A stretch of 45,809 nt of DNA from a phage. A program made the translations under genes and the position numbers. Below the pieces are notes generated by a model. That model made no database searches. It worked only from the letters and a program-made list of their open reading frames with translations, and was not told the origin of the DNA. Positions 8,622 to 16,606 of this stretch are shown here, piece by piece (the stretch's first letter is position 1; every line of letters starts with the position of its first letter). Where the stretch lies: NCBI GenBank assembly GCA_024854585.1, contig GCA_024854585.1_4323.1; one strand, given 5' to 3'.

Positions 8622-8842
8622 AAAACCCCCTTCTCAGCGCGGTGGGCCGCTTCCATCAGGTAACACGCCAGTTGGCGCGCCTGGTCTGGCGTGTACAGCA
8701 TGTAAGTGCTTGGGCATGATTCTTCGTGAGGGTTGAAGTCAAGGCGCACCTTGAAAGTCACACGATCATTGCTGTGAATCTTCACAGCCTCAATTTCGGC
8801 CTGCTCGTTGTAGTCGTCTGCAATGCGCACTTTAGTGCTCAT
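8618..8842 (-). CDS. Small protein, paralog family member
   Basis: ...LDFNP...YTPDQARQLACYLMEAAHRAE. Confidence 0.55.
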   Translation of the reverse strand: MSTKVRIADDYNEQAEIEAVKIHSNDRVTFKVRLDFNPHEESCPSTYMLYTPDQARQLACYLMEAAHRAEKGVL

Positions 8843-8906
8843 AAATTACCCCTTAGTTGATTGTTTCACTTCAATGAGTGCACTATAGCAAATGCACTCA
8901 CGGCAG

Positions 8907-8925
8907 TTTTAACAAAAAGTGCTAT
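8907..8925 (-). promoter_or_regulatory. Variant motif copy (ttttaacaaaaagtgctat)
   Basis: Conserved ATAGCAC half-site, degenerate second half; upstream of 8618..8842. Confidence 0.45.
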
Positions 8926-9212
8926 CGTTCATCTTCTCTGGAGCATCCCTTGCCGCAACCATGGCGACCAACTTCCACGATCCCGACACCGCTTAAGCCT
9001 ATGTATTCCTGACCAGTGTCCTTATCGGTGATGACGTATATCGCTCTGACGTTCTCATATGCCAGTTCATCCCTGAACTCCTGAATCTTCACAACCTGGA
9101 CGCGATCGTTTACGTTCACTAGCATCTTCTGCCGAGCCTCTGAATCTACCCGGGTGCTTCCAAAATCACACCCAGCCAGCGCCAGTGCCGCTAATAAAAT
9201 TAGTTTCTTCAT
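8922..9212 (-). CDS. Putative lipoprotein
   Basis: N-terminal MKKLILLAALALAGC: signal peptide with lipobox LAGC. Confidence 0.6.
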   Translation of the reverse strand: MKKLILLAALALAGCDFGSTRVDSEARQKMLVNVNDRVQVVKIQEFRDELAYENVRAIYVITDKDTGQEYIGLSGVGIVEVGRHGCGKGCSREDER

Positions 9213-9409
9213 TCAATAATCCTCAATACCTTCTCTTTGCGATGCGGTGCACCGGACTTATGCAGCCAGTAGCGAGCCTGTGAAAGCTGGCTTGCATGGG
9301 CCACTGTAACCCACCAGAACAAAGCCACCCGTTTTTGGACGGCATACCACTTGACCGGATGACCGAAGGCGGTTGTTGTTTCAATCAATGCGATCCTGAA
9401 TTTACTCAT
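9209..9409 (-). CDS. Hypothetical small protein
   Basis: ORF track; overlaps neighbours by 4 nt (translational coupling). Confidence 0.45.
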   Translation of the reverse strand: MSKFRIALIETTTAFGHPVKWYAVQKRVALFWWVTVAHASQLSQARYWLHKSGAPHRKEKVLRIIE

Positions 9410-9623
9410 CGACTTCCGCCTCCACTTCCTCAGCTGCCTTAATTAGCGCCGCAGCAAGTTCGCGAGCCTGCTCAGCTGTGTAGGCCATTGCAGTTCCACC
9501 ACCATAACGAGAATCTGGTGAAAGGTCCAGGTGGACACGCTTACGCATCTTGCCGAATGGAATCTTAATCACGGACACTTCAGTTTCCTTATCCCAGGAT
9601 GAATTGACTCGAATATCAATCAT
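9402..9623 (-). CDS. Small protein, paralog family member
   Basis: ...LDLSPD...YTAEQARELAAALIKAAEEVE. Confidence 0.55.
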   Translation of the reverse strand: MIDIRVNSSWDKETEVSVIKIPFGKMRKRVHLDLSPDSRYGGGTAMAYTAEQARELAAALIKAAEEVEAEVDE

Positions 9624-9877
9624 TGTTTTTCCGCCTCTTCCGCCGCCAGGATTAATGCCGCCGCCAGATTGCGCGCCTTATCAGGACTGTAGTGCATCAG
9701 CATCTGCCCGTCCCCGTAGTCATCCGGATTGAAGTCTAGATACACAACGTCTCCTTGAGCGCTTTTTGTGATTCCGACCTCAGCTTGGTCAAAGTGAACA
9801 TCTTCAATTCTTACAGCTTTCATAATAATCCCCTCTTTGTTGTCGATGGGGTAATCATAGCTGACTACCAGATCCAT
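9620..9877 (-). CDS. Small protein, paralog family member (likely true start at internal MKAVRIEDV)
   Basis: ...LDFNPDD...YSPDKARNLAAALILAAEEAE. Confidence 0.55.
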   Translation of the reverse strand: MDLVVSYDYPIDNKEGIIMKAVRIEDVHFDQAEVGITKSAQGDVVYLDFNPDDYGDGQMLMHYSPDKARNLAAALILAAEEAEKQ

Positions 9878-9879
9878 TG

Positions 9880-9900
9880 TTTAGCAATTCGTGCTATTTA
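9880..9900 (-). promoter_or_regulatory. Palindromic promoter/operator motif copy
   Basis: tttagcaattcgtgctattta; overlaps stop of 9894..10418. Confidence 0.6.
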
Positions 9901-10418
9901 CCATTCAGGATTGATTTAGCTTTCCGGTACAACTCAATCGCCTCCTCAACCTCTTCCTCACTGTACCGTAAGTGGTATGGTAGTCTACTAGCGTGCTCAC
10001 CTTCGTAAGTTTTGAAGTTTGGTTGCCAACACTCATCAATGATAGCCGGATGAACATAAATCTTATCTCCAATGAGGCAAGCTAGATTCATACTCTCTAG
10101 GGCTGGGATAAGCTCATCCTTAATGCTCGCCATGATATCAACGCAGCCCACGAACGGCTTAACCTTACGTGCAGCTTCGTGTACAGACTTGACACCCACC
10201 ACTCCCTTGACGTTCCTTGTCATCTTCCTAATCAACTTAATCAGAACCCCCAGCGCTTCATCTCTGTATACTTCCGATGCATCAGGCTGCCCCCAGAGGT
10301 GCTGAACATGCCTATACCCGTTAGCATTGATTGCAACCCGCAGTGGCGGCAGCCCATCCTGGATTGCAATATTCATAATCTGCTCGTCCGTCAGTTTCTC
10401 TTCGTTGAAATCAAACAT
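9894..10418 (-). CDS. Hypothetical protein; internally deleted paralog of 13243..14826 (shares its N- and C-terminal segments)
   Basis: MFDFNEEKLTDEQIMNIA...LPPLRVAINANGYR and ...GVVGVKSVHEAARKVKPF...CLIGDKIYV match N- and C-termini of the 527-aa protein. Confidence 0.6.
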   Translation of the reverse strand: MFDFNEEKLTDEQIMNIAIQDGLPPLRVAINANGYRHVQHLWGQPDASEVYRDEALGVLIKLIRKMTRNVKGVVGVKSVHEAARKVKPFVGCVDIMASIKDELIPALESMNLACLIGDKIYVHPAIIDECWQPNFKTYEGEHASRLPYHLRYSEEEVEEAIELYRKAKSILNGK

Positions 10419-10960
10419 TATTTAGCATCCTTAATCAAATCATAAAATCTACCGATAGCAATCTCTGCACCAACCTTCCGCTCACCATCCAAGTCCATAA
10501 CGCTCGGGACTACCTTCATTAATCTTGACTTGAATGATTCAATAACAGCAGCATCGCTATCTATCTTTCTCCTGGCGCTCTCGCTCTTCTTATGTTCACC
10601 ATCGCAGATCTGGATTACAAGATACTTATCTGCACCGTCACCGTCGAATTGCTTTGCACTCGTCTGCTCACCATCATCATCAATCCAGATTATCTTGTGC
10701 TTAGCGTGCTTTCCTGCAACCCTTAGTTGAGGCATCCTTGATACCGTATTGTAAATGTATGAGTTCTTCAATTCTGGAATCGACCGCTCCTTAAGGTTGA
10801 TGATCTCATCAGTTTCAACATCATACTTGAGCTCAGGATAATCCCGACCCCTAAGCACCTTGAATATTTCCCTTACAGGAACCTTAAACTCACCATCGCT
10901 GGACTCCATAGCTTTACTTACCATATTCCTGATTACTTCACCAAGCGTCACTTTATTCAT
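10418..10960 (-). CDS. Hypothetical early protein
   Basis: 180 aa; first gene after divergent region A; stop overlaps start of 9894..10418 (TAATG). Confidence 0.55.
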   Translation of the reverse strand: MNKVTLGEVIRNMVSKAMESSDGEFKVPVREIFKVLRGRDYPELKYDVETDEIINLKERSIPELKNSYIYNTVSRMPQLRVAGKHAKHKIIWIDDDGEQTSAKQFDGDGADKYLVIQICDGEHKKSESARRKIDSDAAVIESFKSRLMKVVPSVMDLDGERKVGAEIAIGRFYDLIKDAK

Positions 10961-11235
10961 ATATCACCTCGTTGTTGCATACTGCGTTTCATTGATTGGT
11001 ATATTGCATCAGATTTACGCGTTAGTCAAAGTATTTCTTTGTATATTTTTCACCTAATACGCAAATCTGCCTCTAGCGCCGCATCATCTCTATATGTATA
11101 TTGCGCGTACGCCGTGTATACACTTTTTTACCCACCAGGCCCCATGCATGCCTATCCATTCCTACAATGTCATCCCCTTCCTACAAGCGTCAGAATATCT
11201 GCGCGGAACATATCAATTATCCCATCAATTATCGG

Positions 11236-11305
11236 TATACACAGTATACATATATATAATAATAATAATAATAATAAAGTAAAAGGTTGATATATATAGG
11301 TATTA
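11236..11305 (+). repeat. Copy 1 of about 65-bp AT-rich repeat (tatacacagta...ataataataataataa agtaaaaggttgatatatatag)
   Basis: Near-identical block at about 29674-29736. Confidence 0.7.
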
Positions 11306-11587
11306 TATTGTATATCGCGTGTATATCTCGCGTAAAAACGTAGGTTAGTGGTCGCTAACTTTTGTGACGACACTGAGTATACTTAGGATACGCGTATATC
11401 TGTGAGGTGCTCATCGAGTGGTAAAATCAACTTGTATGGTAGTCCATCCATCTTTCATTCACCCACTCACCACTTCATTTCACTCTTCGCAACAATCAAA
11501 AACATCATTGCACCTGAAGCAATATTGCTGTACGTGCAATAATCATGTTAATCATTGCAATATCTGCAATAATCCATAAATCTGACG

Positions 11588-11607
11588 AATAGCACTTTTT
11601 GCTAAAG
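11588..11607 (+). promoter_or_regulatory. Motif copy in + gene orientation (aatagcactttttgctaaag)
   Basis: Followed by TATAGT-like hexamer and GAGGAGAGA RBS before ATG 11661. Confidence 0.5.
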
Positions 11608-11660
11608 ACATGTAGAACTGGTGAGGCTATAGTTAGCCCATCAACAACGAGGAGAGATAC

Positions 11661-11849
11661 ATGAAACTTAAAGGCGACGCGTTCGAGCAACTAAAGCAGG
11701 AATATTCCCTGATTGGATTGAACGATAATTATGCTGACATGGTTTTGCGCGGAAAGTTAGACATTGATTTGGCTAAGCAATTCCAGTCAGAAGATGAATT
11801 CATGTGCTGTGATGGACTTGGCTGCGTCGAATGCTTGCCATTTATTTGA
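11661..11849 (+). CDS. Hypothetical small protein (Cys-rich C-terminus)
   Basis: 62 aa; ...CCDGLGCVEC. Confidence 0.45.
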   Translation: MKLKGDAFEQLKQEYSLIGLNDNYADMVLRGKLDIDLAKQFQSEDEFMCCDGLGCVECLPFI

Positions 11850-11859
11850 GGATTGAGAT

Positions 11860-12099
11860 ATGAAAATTCGCTGCACCAATGTTATTATAAGTACCGACAA
11901 GAAGGAATTGACACCATTCGTTAAAGGCTCTGTATACGACGCTGATCCGCTAATCATTAACGGCAAAACAATCCCGAACGAATGGGTGATTAATGGCGCT
12001 GAGCGACCACACAAGCACGATTCTGGCTGGATTGCTATCGCAGGCTGGAAGGTCGGAATGTTTATCCCTGGTATCGCAACGTTTGATGAGGTGAAGTGA
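11860..12099 (+). CDS. Hypothetical protein
   Basis: 79 aa; GAGG RBS. Confidence 0.5.
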   Translation: MKIRCTNVIISTDKKELTPFVKGSVYDADPLIINGKTIPNEWVINGAERPHKHDSGWIAIAGWKVGMFIPGIATFDEVK

Positions 12100-12260
12100 T
12101 GCTATTACCTTCAGATTTGAGCTATTGGGATTTTGAGGTTGTGTCAATAATGTCTGGAAAGGGCTGGCCTTGCGGTGATTGGTTCCGCGAAGACTTGCTT
12201 GAGAGTCATGAGATTATGCTCAAGGCCATAGAAAAAGCACGAAATATCACTAATTGCTAA
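12099..12260 (+). CDS. Small hypothetical protein (below ORF-track cutoff)
   Basis: ATG overlapping previous stop (GTGATG); about 53 codons; read from sequence. Confidence 0.3.
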   Translation: MLLPSDLSYWDFEVVSIMSGKGWPCGDWFREDLLESHEIMLKAIEKARNITNC

Positions 12261-12262
12261 AG
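12242..12262 (+). promoter_or_regulatory. Motif copy in + orientation (aaatatcactaattgctaaag) followed by hairpin agcccttcggggct
   Basis: Read from sequence. Confidence 0.45.
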
Positions 12263-12323
12263 CCCTTCGGGGCTTTTCATGTATATTAATCTCATCGAAA
12301 CGAAACAATGAAGGGTAAAAGAA

Positions 12324-12677
12324 ATGACTACTACGATTACTAAAAACTGGATCAGCAACGAAAACGTACTATACAAAGCTCGCGTTAAAGATGGTGTAGA
12401 ACAAATCAAGAAAGATGGGAAATGGGTTAACCTGGAAGAGCGCGGTAAGTACATCAAGACAAAGACCATTTACTGCACAAAGGTTAATCATCGAAGTGGT
12501 GTTAAGAAGAATTTCAATGTTGACTCAAGGTATCAAGTTAATATTCATTCGGGTCTTGGTCAGTGGGCGGGATATATCTATGACGAGGATGGTAGCGCGT
12601 GGCAACTTTACCGAAATGAAGAGGTTGGTTTCTTTACACTTTGCGGAACATATCTATTTGAGGCAAAATATTCATGA
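12324..12677 (+). CDS. Hypothetical protein; paralog of 16377..16577 (shared TIYCTK...Y core)
   Basis: 117 aa; KTIYCTKVNHRSG...GYIY resembles KIIYCTKNNSKT...GYYKIY. Confidence 0.5.
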   Translation: MTTTITKNWISNENVLYKARVKDGVEQIKKDGKWVNLEERGKYIKTKTIYCTKVNHRSGVKKNFNVDSRYQVNIHSGLGQWAGYIYDEDGSAWQLYRNEEVGFFTLCGTYLFEAKYS

Positions 12678-13171
12678 ACTTCAATGAGCTTTTTAGCTAT
12701 AAAGATGGTTTTCTTTATTGGAAATCGCTAGCACCATCAAAGAGCGGAAGGAAAAGCAGGATAAAGATTGGGGACAAGACCTCTGAGTTACTGACAAAAA
12801 GTGGTTATGATAGAGTCGTTGTAAACAATAAATTCTATTACAAGCATAGAGTTATATGGGAAATGCACAACGGACCAATACCAGATGGGATGCAAATTGA
12901 CCATATCAATCATGCTAGAAACGACAATAGAATTGAGAATTTAAGATTGGTAAGTAACTCTTCAAACTCAAAGAATCGAAGAATTCTAAAAAGAAACACA
13001 AGTGGATTCAATGGCGTTTACTTTTCAAACACGTTTAAAAGATGGATTGCAGAGGCAATGTTTGATGGAGTAAATTACAACTTAGGAAAATACAAAACGA
13101 AGGAAGAAGCCATAAAAGCAAGAAAGCAAGCAAACACTAAACTTGGTTTCCATGAAAATCACGGCAAATAA
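12674..13171 (+). CDS. HNH homing endonuclease with AP2-like DNA-binding domain
   Basis: HRVIWEM...DHINHARNDNRIENLRLVSNSSNSKN (HNH) then NGVYFSNTFKRWIAEAMF...YNLGKYKTKEEAIKARKQA (AP2-like). Confidence 0.8.
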   Translation: MNFNELFSYKDGFLYWKSLAPSKSGRKSRIKIGDKTSELLTKSGYDRVVVNNKFYYKHRVIWEMHNGPIPDGMQIDHINHARNDNRIENLRLVSNSSNSKNRRILKRNTSGFNGVYFSNTFKRWIAEAMFDGVNYNLGKYKTKEEAIKARKQANTKLGFHENHGK

Positions 13172-13242
13172 GCACTAAAAGCTAAAGAATATCTGAGCGG
13201 GTGTTATATAATGCCCGCATATTAACGAGATGGAGTATTAAG

Positions 13243-14826
13243 ATGTTTGATTTCAACGAAGATAAACTATCTGTTGAACAGGTTATGGCAATTGCTGCCG
13301 CAGACAACCTCCCGCCACTGCGAGTCGCCATTAATGCCAATGGCTATCGCCAATCTCAATCATTCTGGAAAGCGCCAGTCGAGATTGATGCAGCTAATGA
13401 CAAATACCCCGTAATATCTCTCGGCAATGATATTGATGTTGTTGGTAAACTGTCAGCCAACATTGCTCGTTCAGTTCAGTTCCCCGAGTCTTCAGCTTAC
13501 ATGCACTTCCTGGGGTGTATTTCTGCCGCTATGCTAGGACGCTTTACTGTTGAGTATCACGGAACTCATCAGCCTACGTCTCTGTACGTAGTAACAAGCC
13601 AGCCTCCATCGACTGGTAAATCAGCTATTAACTCGCTATCTATTGCTCCAATGATTGCTGAGACTGAGCGGCTGAATGAAGTTCGAAAGCGTGAGCGTAA
13701 AAAGATTATGGCAAAACTATCTGCATTATCAAAAGAGATGAAGCAGGAAAAGTCACCATCAGAGATGGCTTCTCTTTTCGAGGAGAAAGAGGAGTTGGAG
13801 GAAAAACTCGAGAAACTATGCGATATCGTTTTCCCGGTTTCAGATACCACACCGGAAGGTCTTGCGCGAATAAACAATCGTCAGGGTAACTTTGCAGTAA
13901 TCTCGGATGAGGCAACGAGTGTAAACTCACTACTTGGCATGACCTATGGTGACGGATCAAAGAAAACGAACAGCGAACTGGTACTGAAGGCATGGGATGC
14001 TGGCAACGTATCTATCGCTCGTGCTAACGCTGAAAACAACATGAGCTTCGTCGCTATGGGTTGCATCTCTGTAATTGCGCAGGATGAGACAATCAACGCT
14101 ATCATGAACGCTGGCGCGCGTGGTATCGGTGTATCTGAGCGTTTCCTGCTTGTACGTGAAAAGTCATTCCTGGGCGAGCGTGTATTCGTTGATGAAAATG
14201 GCGAATCGACTTATGAACCAATTGATGGCGGGTTGAAGGCTGATTACTTCCGTTTAGTTCACGAGATAATGAATGAGCAAGAAGTTAAGTTGACAGTTAG
14301 TAATTCAGCAATGAAATATCTCAACCGCGCTCGTCAGGAAATGGAACCGCACCTTGCTGACGGCGGGAAGTATTCACACACAATGTTGCGAGGTGCGCTT
14401 GGTAAGTTCGATAAACAGGCAATAAGGATTGCGGCGGTACTTCATACTGTGCGCAACTGGTTCAACCCTAACGGCGGGAGTCCACATAAGTCTAGGGAGA
14501 TTGAACTTGATACTATGCAAGAGGCTGTAATCATGTTCCAGGAACTTAGCAAGACTTATCTGTCATCTGCAAACGCGGCTGGTCACGCTGGCGACAATGC
14601 CGAGATGAATAAGCTGATTGATATCCTGATCAAGCAAGGCAAAAGCGGGAAGGGCGTAGTTGGTATTCGTTCATTGTATGAAGCGGCTCGCAAGGTTAAG
14701 CCTTTCGAGGCTCAGGCGGGAGTAATGACGAAGATTAAAGATCACCTGCTGCCAATGCTTGATGAGAAAAACTATACTTGCCTGATTGGTGATAAAGTTT
14801 ACATTAATCCACGATTGCTGGGGTGA
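13243..14826 (+). CDS. Large hypothetical protein with P-loop-like motif (VVTSQPPSTGKSAI); possible NTPase of unknown role (track ORF starts 13201)
   Basis: 527 aa from ATG with GGAG RBS; GKS motif; termini shared with 9894..10418. Confidence 0.55.
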   Translation: MFDFNEDKLSVEQVMAIAAADNLPPLRVAINANGYRQSQSFWKAPVEIDAANDKYPVISLGNDIDVVGKLSANIARSVQFPESSAYMHFLGCISAAMLGRFTVEYHGTHQPTSLYVVTSQPPSTGKSAINSLSIAPMIAETERLNEVRKRERKKIMAKLSALSKEMKQEKSPSEMASLFEEKEELEEKLEKLCDIVFPVSDTTPEGLARINNRQGNFAVISDEATSVNSLLGMTYGDGSKKTNSELVLKAWDAGNVSIARANAENNMSFVAMGCISVIAQDETINAIMNAGARGIGVSERFLLVREKSFLGERVFVDENGESTYEPIDGGLKADYFRLVHEIMNEQEVKLTVSNSAMKYLNRARQEMEPHLADGGKYSHTMLRGALGKFDKQAIRIAAVLHTVRNWFNPNGGSPHKSREIELDTMQEAVIMFQELSKTYLSSANAAGHAGDNAEMNKLIDILIKQGKSGKGVVGIRSLYEAARKVKPFEAQAGVMTKIKDHLLPMLDEKNYTCLIGDKVYINPRLLG

Positions 14827-14829
14827 TGA

Positions 14830-15165
14830 ATGTTCCTGCTGGATATATTTAAGTTCTGCGAGTCGTATTCCTATTTCACGCGCCAGCATTTGGCGCGATT
14901 CATCTACCAACACAAGGACTCTCAGAGGTTCAGCAAGGCAGCGGGCTTATCACATAGAGAGTTTTGCAGTGCTGCATCAAAGGAGTTTTGTGCGAAGATG
15001 TTGAGTGCTGGTTACATTGATGGTAAGTGTGGTGAGTTTGTTAGCAATGGTAGCTTGAAGAGGCCATTTGGGTTTAACTTCGAGGCGCTTAACGGGTATG
15101 AAAGCAAATACATAAAAGAGATGATGAATATAGGAACAATGGCTGACGACGAGTTATTTATCTAA
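14830..15165 (+). CDS. Hypothetical protein
   Basis: 111 aa; start overlaps stop of upstream gene. Confidence 0.5.
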   Translation: MFLLDIFKFCESYSYFTRQHLARFIYQHKDSQRFSKAAGLSHREFCSAASKEFCAKMLSAGYIDGKCGEFVSNGSLKRPFGFNFEALNGYESKYIKEMMNIGTMADDELFI

Positions 15166-15169
15166 AAAT

Positions 15170-15194
15170 ATAGCCTCCATTAGGAGGCTTTTTT
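15170..15194. terminator. Bidirectional terminator hairpin (atagcctccattaggaggctttttt)
   Basis: Between convergent genes 14830..15165 (+) and 15180..15569 (-). Confidence 0.6.
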
Positions 15195-15569
15195 ACGTCT
15201 TAAGATTACAGTCAGGAGAATTAAAACAAGAAGACCCATAGCTCCCGTTCCAATCCAAGGAAGTGCGGATGAGTCGTTATTGGTAATTTCAATCTTTTCG
15301 GCAGTAATTGTTGAGGCCTTAATCGAGTTGTCAGTAGTCTTTTTCCCGCTCGAACTATCCAGTGATCCTACGCTTGAATCCTTAACGGTGGCATCGCTGG
15401 AGTTACTGGAATCGACCTTATTCGCCAACCCAACTCCAACCTTGTTATTCTCGGCACCAGCCTGCGCACTAATTTCCGGCTTACTGCCAATTAATCCGGT
15501 CAGAGCAGATGTTGCTGAACATCCAGACAGAGCTACGCACATCACTAACGATGCAATCCACTTAAGCAT
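15180..15569 (-). CDS. Unimolecular spanin-like lysis protein (lipoprotein N-terminus plus C-terminal transmembrane helix)
   Basis: N-terminal signal with lipobox LSGCSA; Ser/Thr-rich linker; C-terminal hydrophobic segment AMGLLVLILLTVIL followed by RRKK; last gene of lysis cassette. Confidence 0.55.
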   Translation of the reverse strand: MLKWIASLVMCVALSGCSATSALTGLIGSKPEISAQAGAENNKVGVGLANKVDSSNSSDATVKDSSVGSLDSSSGKKTTDNSIKASTITAEKIEITNNDSSALPWIGTGAMGLLVLILLTVILRRKKAS

Positions 15570-16030
15570 AACTCAATCTCCTCATTTCTCCTGTTAACCA
15601 GGCCTTTAACTACCTTCAGTTTCCCGTTAACTCGAGCCTTGTTCCACATCCCTAGAGCCTTACAGCCTTGCTCAATATTACCCTGGTTAATTAACTTAAC
15701 AGCAGTAGATTTACTCATCGCAGAACCACCAACGTTGTAGCTAAAGCTGATTAACGCCGCCCTTGTCTGTGGTGAGATTGGGTAGGAAACTGCATTTTCA
15801 ACATGCTTACCATGAATTTGAATGTGTTTCTCCAGCAGTTTTCGGCACTCCCTGTTGCTGTAAGTCTTACCCCAAACCACGTCCGGGCCAGTGATACCGG
15901 AACAAACCGTAGGGATTCCTGCAATGTCCATGTAAGGCTTGTTCTCCACACCCTCAAAGAGCTCAATAAGCGGCGCTGCGATGTATATTGCCGCAGCGGT
16001 CGCAGCACCAACTAACATCTTCTGCTTCAT
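15545..16030 (-). CDS. Endolysin (phage lysozyme-type, probable SAR signal-anchor-release N-terminus)
   Basis: N-terminal weakly hydrophobic LVGAATAAAIYIAAPLI then ELFEGVENKPYMDIAGIPTVCSGITG catalytic-region pattern. Confidence 0.65.
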   Translation of the reverse strand: MKQKMLVGAATAAAIYIAAPLIELFEGVENKPYMDIAGIPTVCSGITGPDVVWGKTYSNRECRKLLEKHIQIHGKHVENAVSYPISPQTRAALISFSYNVGGSAMSKSTAVKLINQGNIEQGCKALGMWNKARVNGKLKVVKGLVNRRNEEIELCLSGLHR

Positions 16031-16246
16031 TTACTTACTCCTTATATTGATTGCCGTTTTCAGGTCACCAGATTCAAGCGCTCGCCTGATAGCTTGACTA
16101 TCCTTATACTTCCAGTAAGCACCCCAGGCTCCAAAAATGATTAGAGCGATAAGGCTGATTATTGCTATAGTCATTTGACCAGTTGCCGCGCCAGTTACCG
16201 CAGCACCTCCTGTTGATGCCGTAGCGGCGTTAATTACTTCCCTCAT
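16031..16246 (-). CDS. Putative holin (track ORF 16031..16324 trimmed to ATG with AAGGTGGA RBS)
   Basis: About 71 aa with one strong transmembrane segment MTIAIISLIALIIFGAWGAYW, immediately upstream of endolysin. Confidence 0.5.
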   Translation of the reverse strand: MREVINAATASTGGAAVTGAATGQMTIAIISLIALIIFGAWGAYWKYKDSQAIRRALESGDLKTAINIRSK

Positions 16247-16321
16247 ATGATCCACCTTTATGTATTTGTCAATGTTTAAGTTAGTAAAAGAATGATACAT
16301 TATCACCGCTCGGAAAAGAAG

Positions 16322-16350
16322 CATAAAAAAAGGGAGCCAAAAGGCTCCCC
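16322..16350. terminator. Hairpin gggagccaaaaggctccc
   Basis: Stem gggagcc/ggctccc; read from sequence. Confidence 0.4.
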
Positions 16351-16376
16351 GTTCGTAACGCTATGTTTTTTATGCG

Positions 16377-16577
16377 CTAGTCAGCGACAATAAATTCAAC
16401 TAACGAACCATCAATCGGCGCTAAGATTTGCGTCATATCGTCGCCATAAATCTTGTAGTATCCATCGCCCTGGTACTCTGCGCTGTACGGCTGGTTAACT
16501 GTAAATGGAAGCGTCTTGGAGTTGTTCTTGGTGCAATAAATAATTTTAGTCATCTTGTGTTTCCTCGTTTGGTTCAT
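16377..16577 (-). CDS. Small hypothetical protein, paralog of 12324..12677 core (likely start at internal MTKIIYCTK)
   Basis: Shared IYCTK.N...GYYKIY motif. Confidence 0.5.
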   Translation of the reverse strand: MNQTRKHKMTKIIYCTKNNSKTLPFTVNQPYSAEYQGDGYYKIYGDDMTQILAPIDGSLVEFIVAD

Positions 16578-16606
16578 CTCGTTTCGATGTGGTGATTATG
16601 CCGCAT

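Larger units (their letters stand above)
10961..11660. other. ORF-poor AT-rich divergent intergenic region A (candidate origin / regulatory hub)
   Basis: Strand switch; (ATA)n microsatellite; 65-bp block shared with region B; short repeats TGCAATAATC x2, CGCGT(G)TATATC x2, palindrome ATACGCGTAT. Confidence 0.5.

Noticed and set aside
11039-11373. ORFs 11039..11290, 11094..11282 and 11170..11373 inside region A (and 29539..29805 in region B)
   Set aside because: They run through microsatellite and low-complexity sequence (poly-Asn or poly-Ile/Leu translations), overlap each other in several frames and lack RBS; treated as non-coding.
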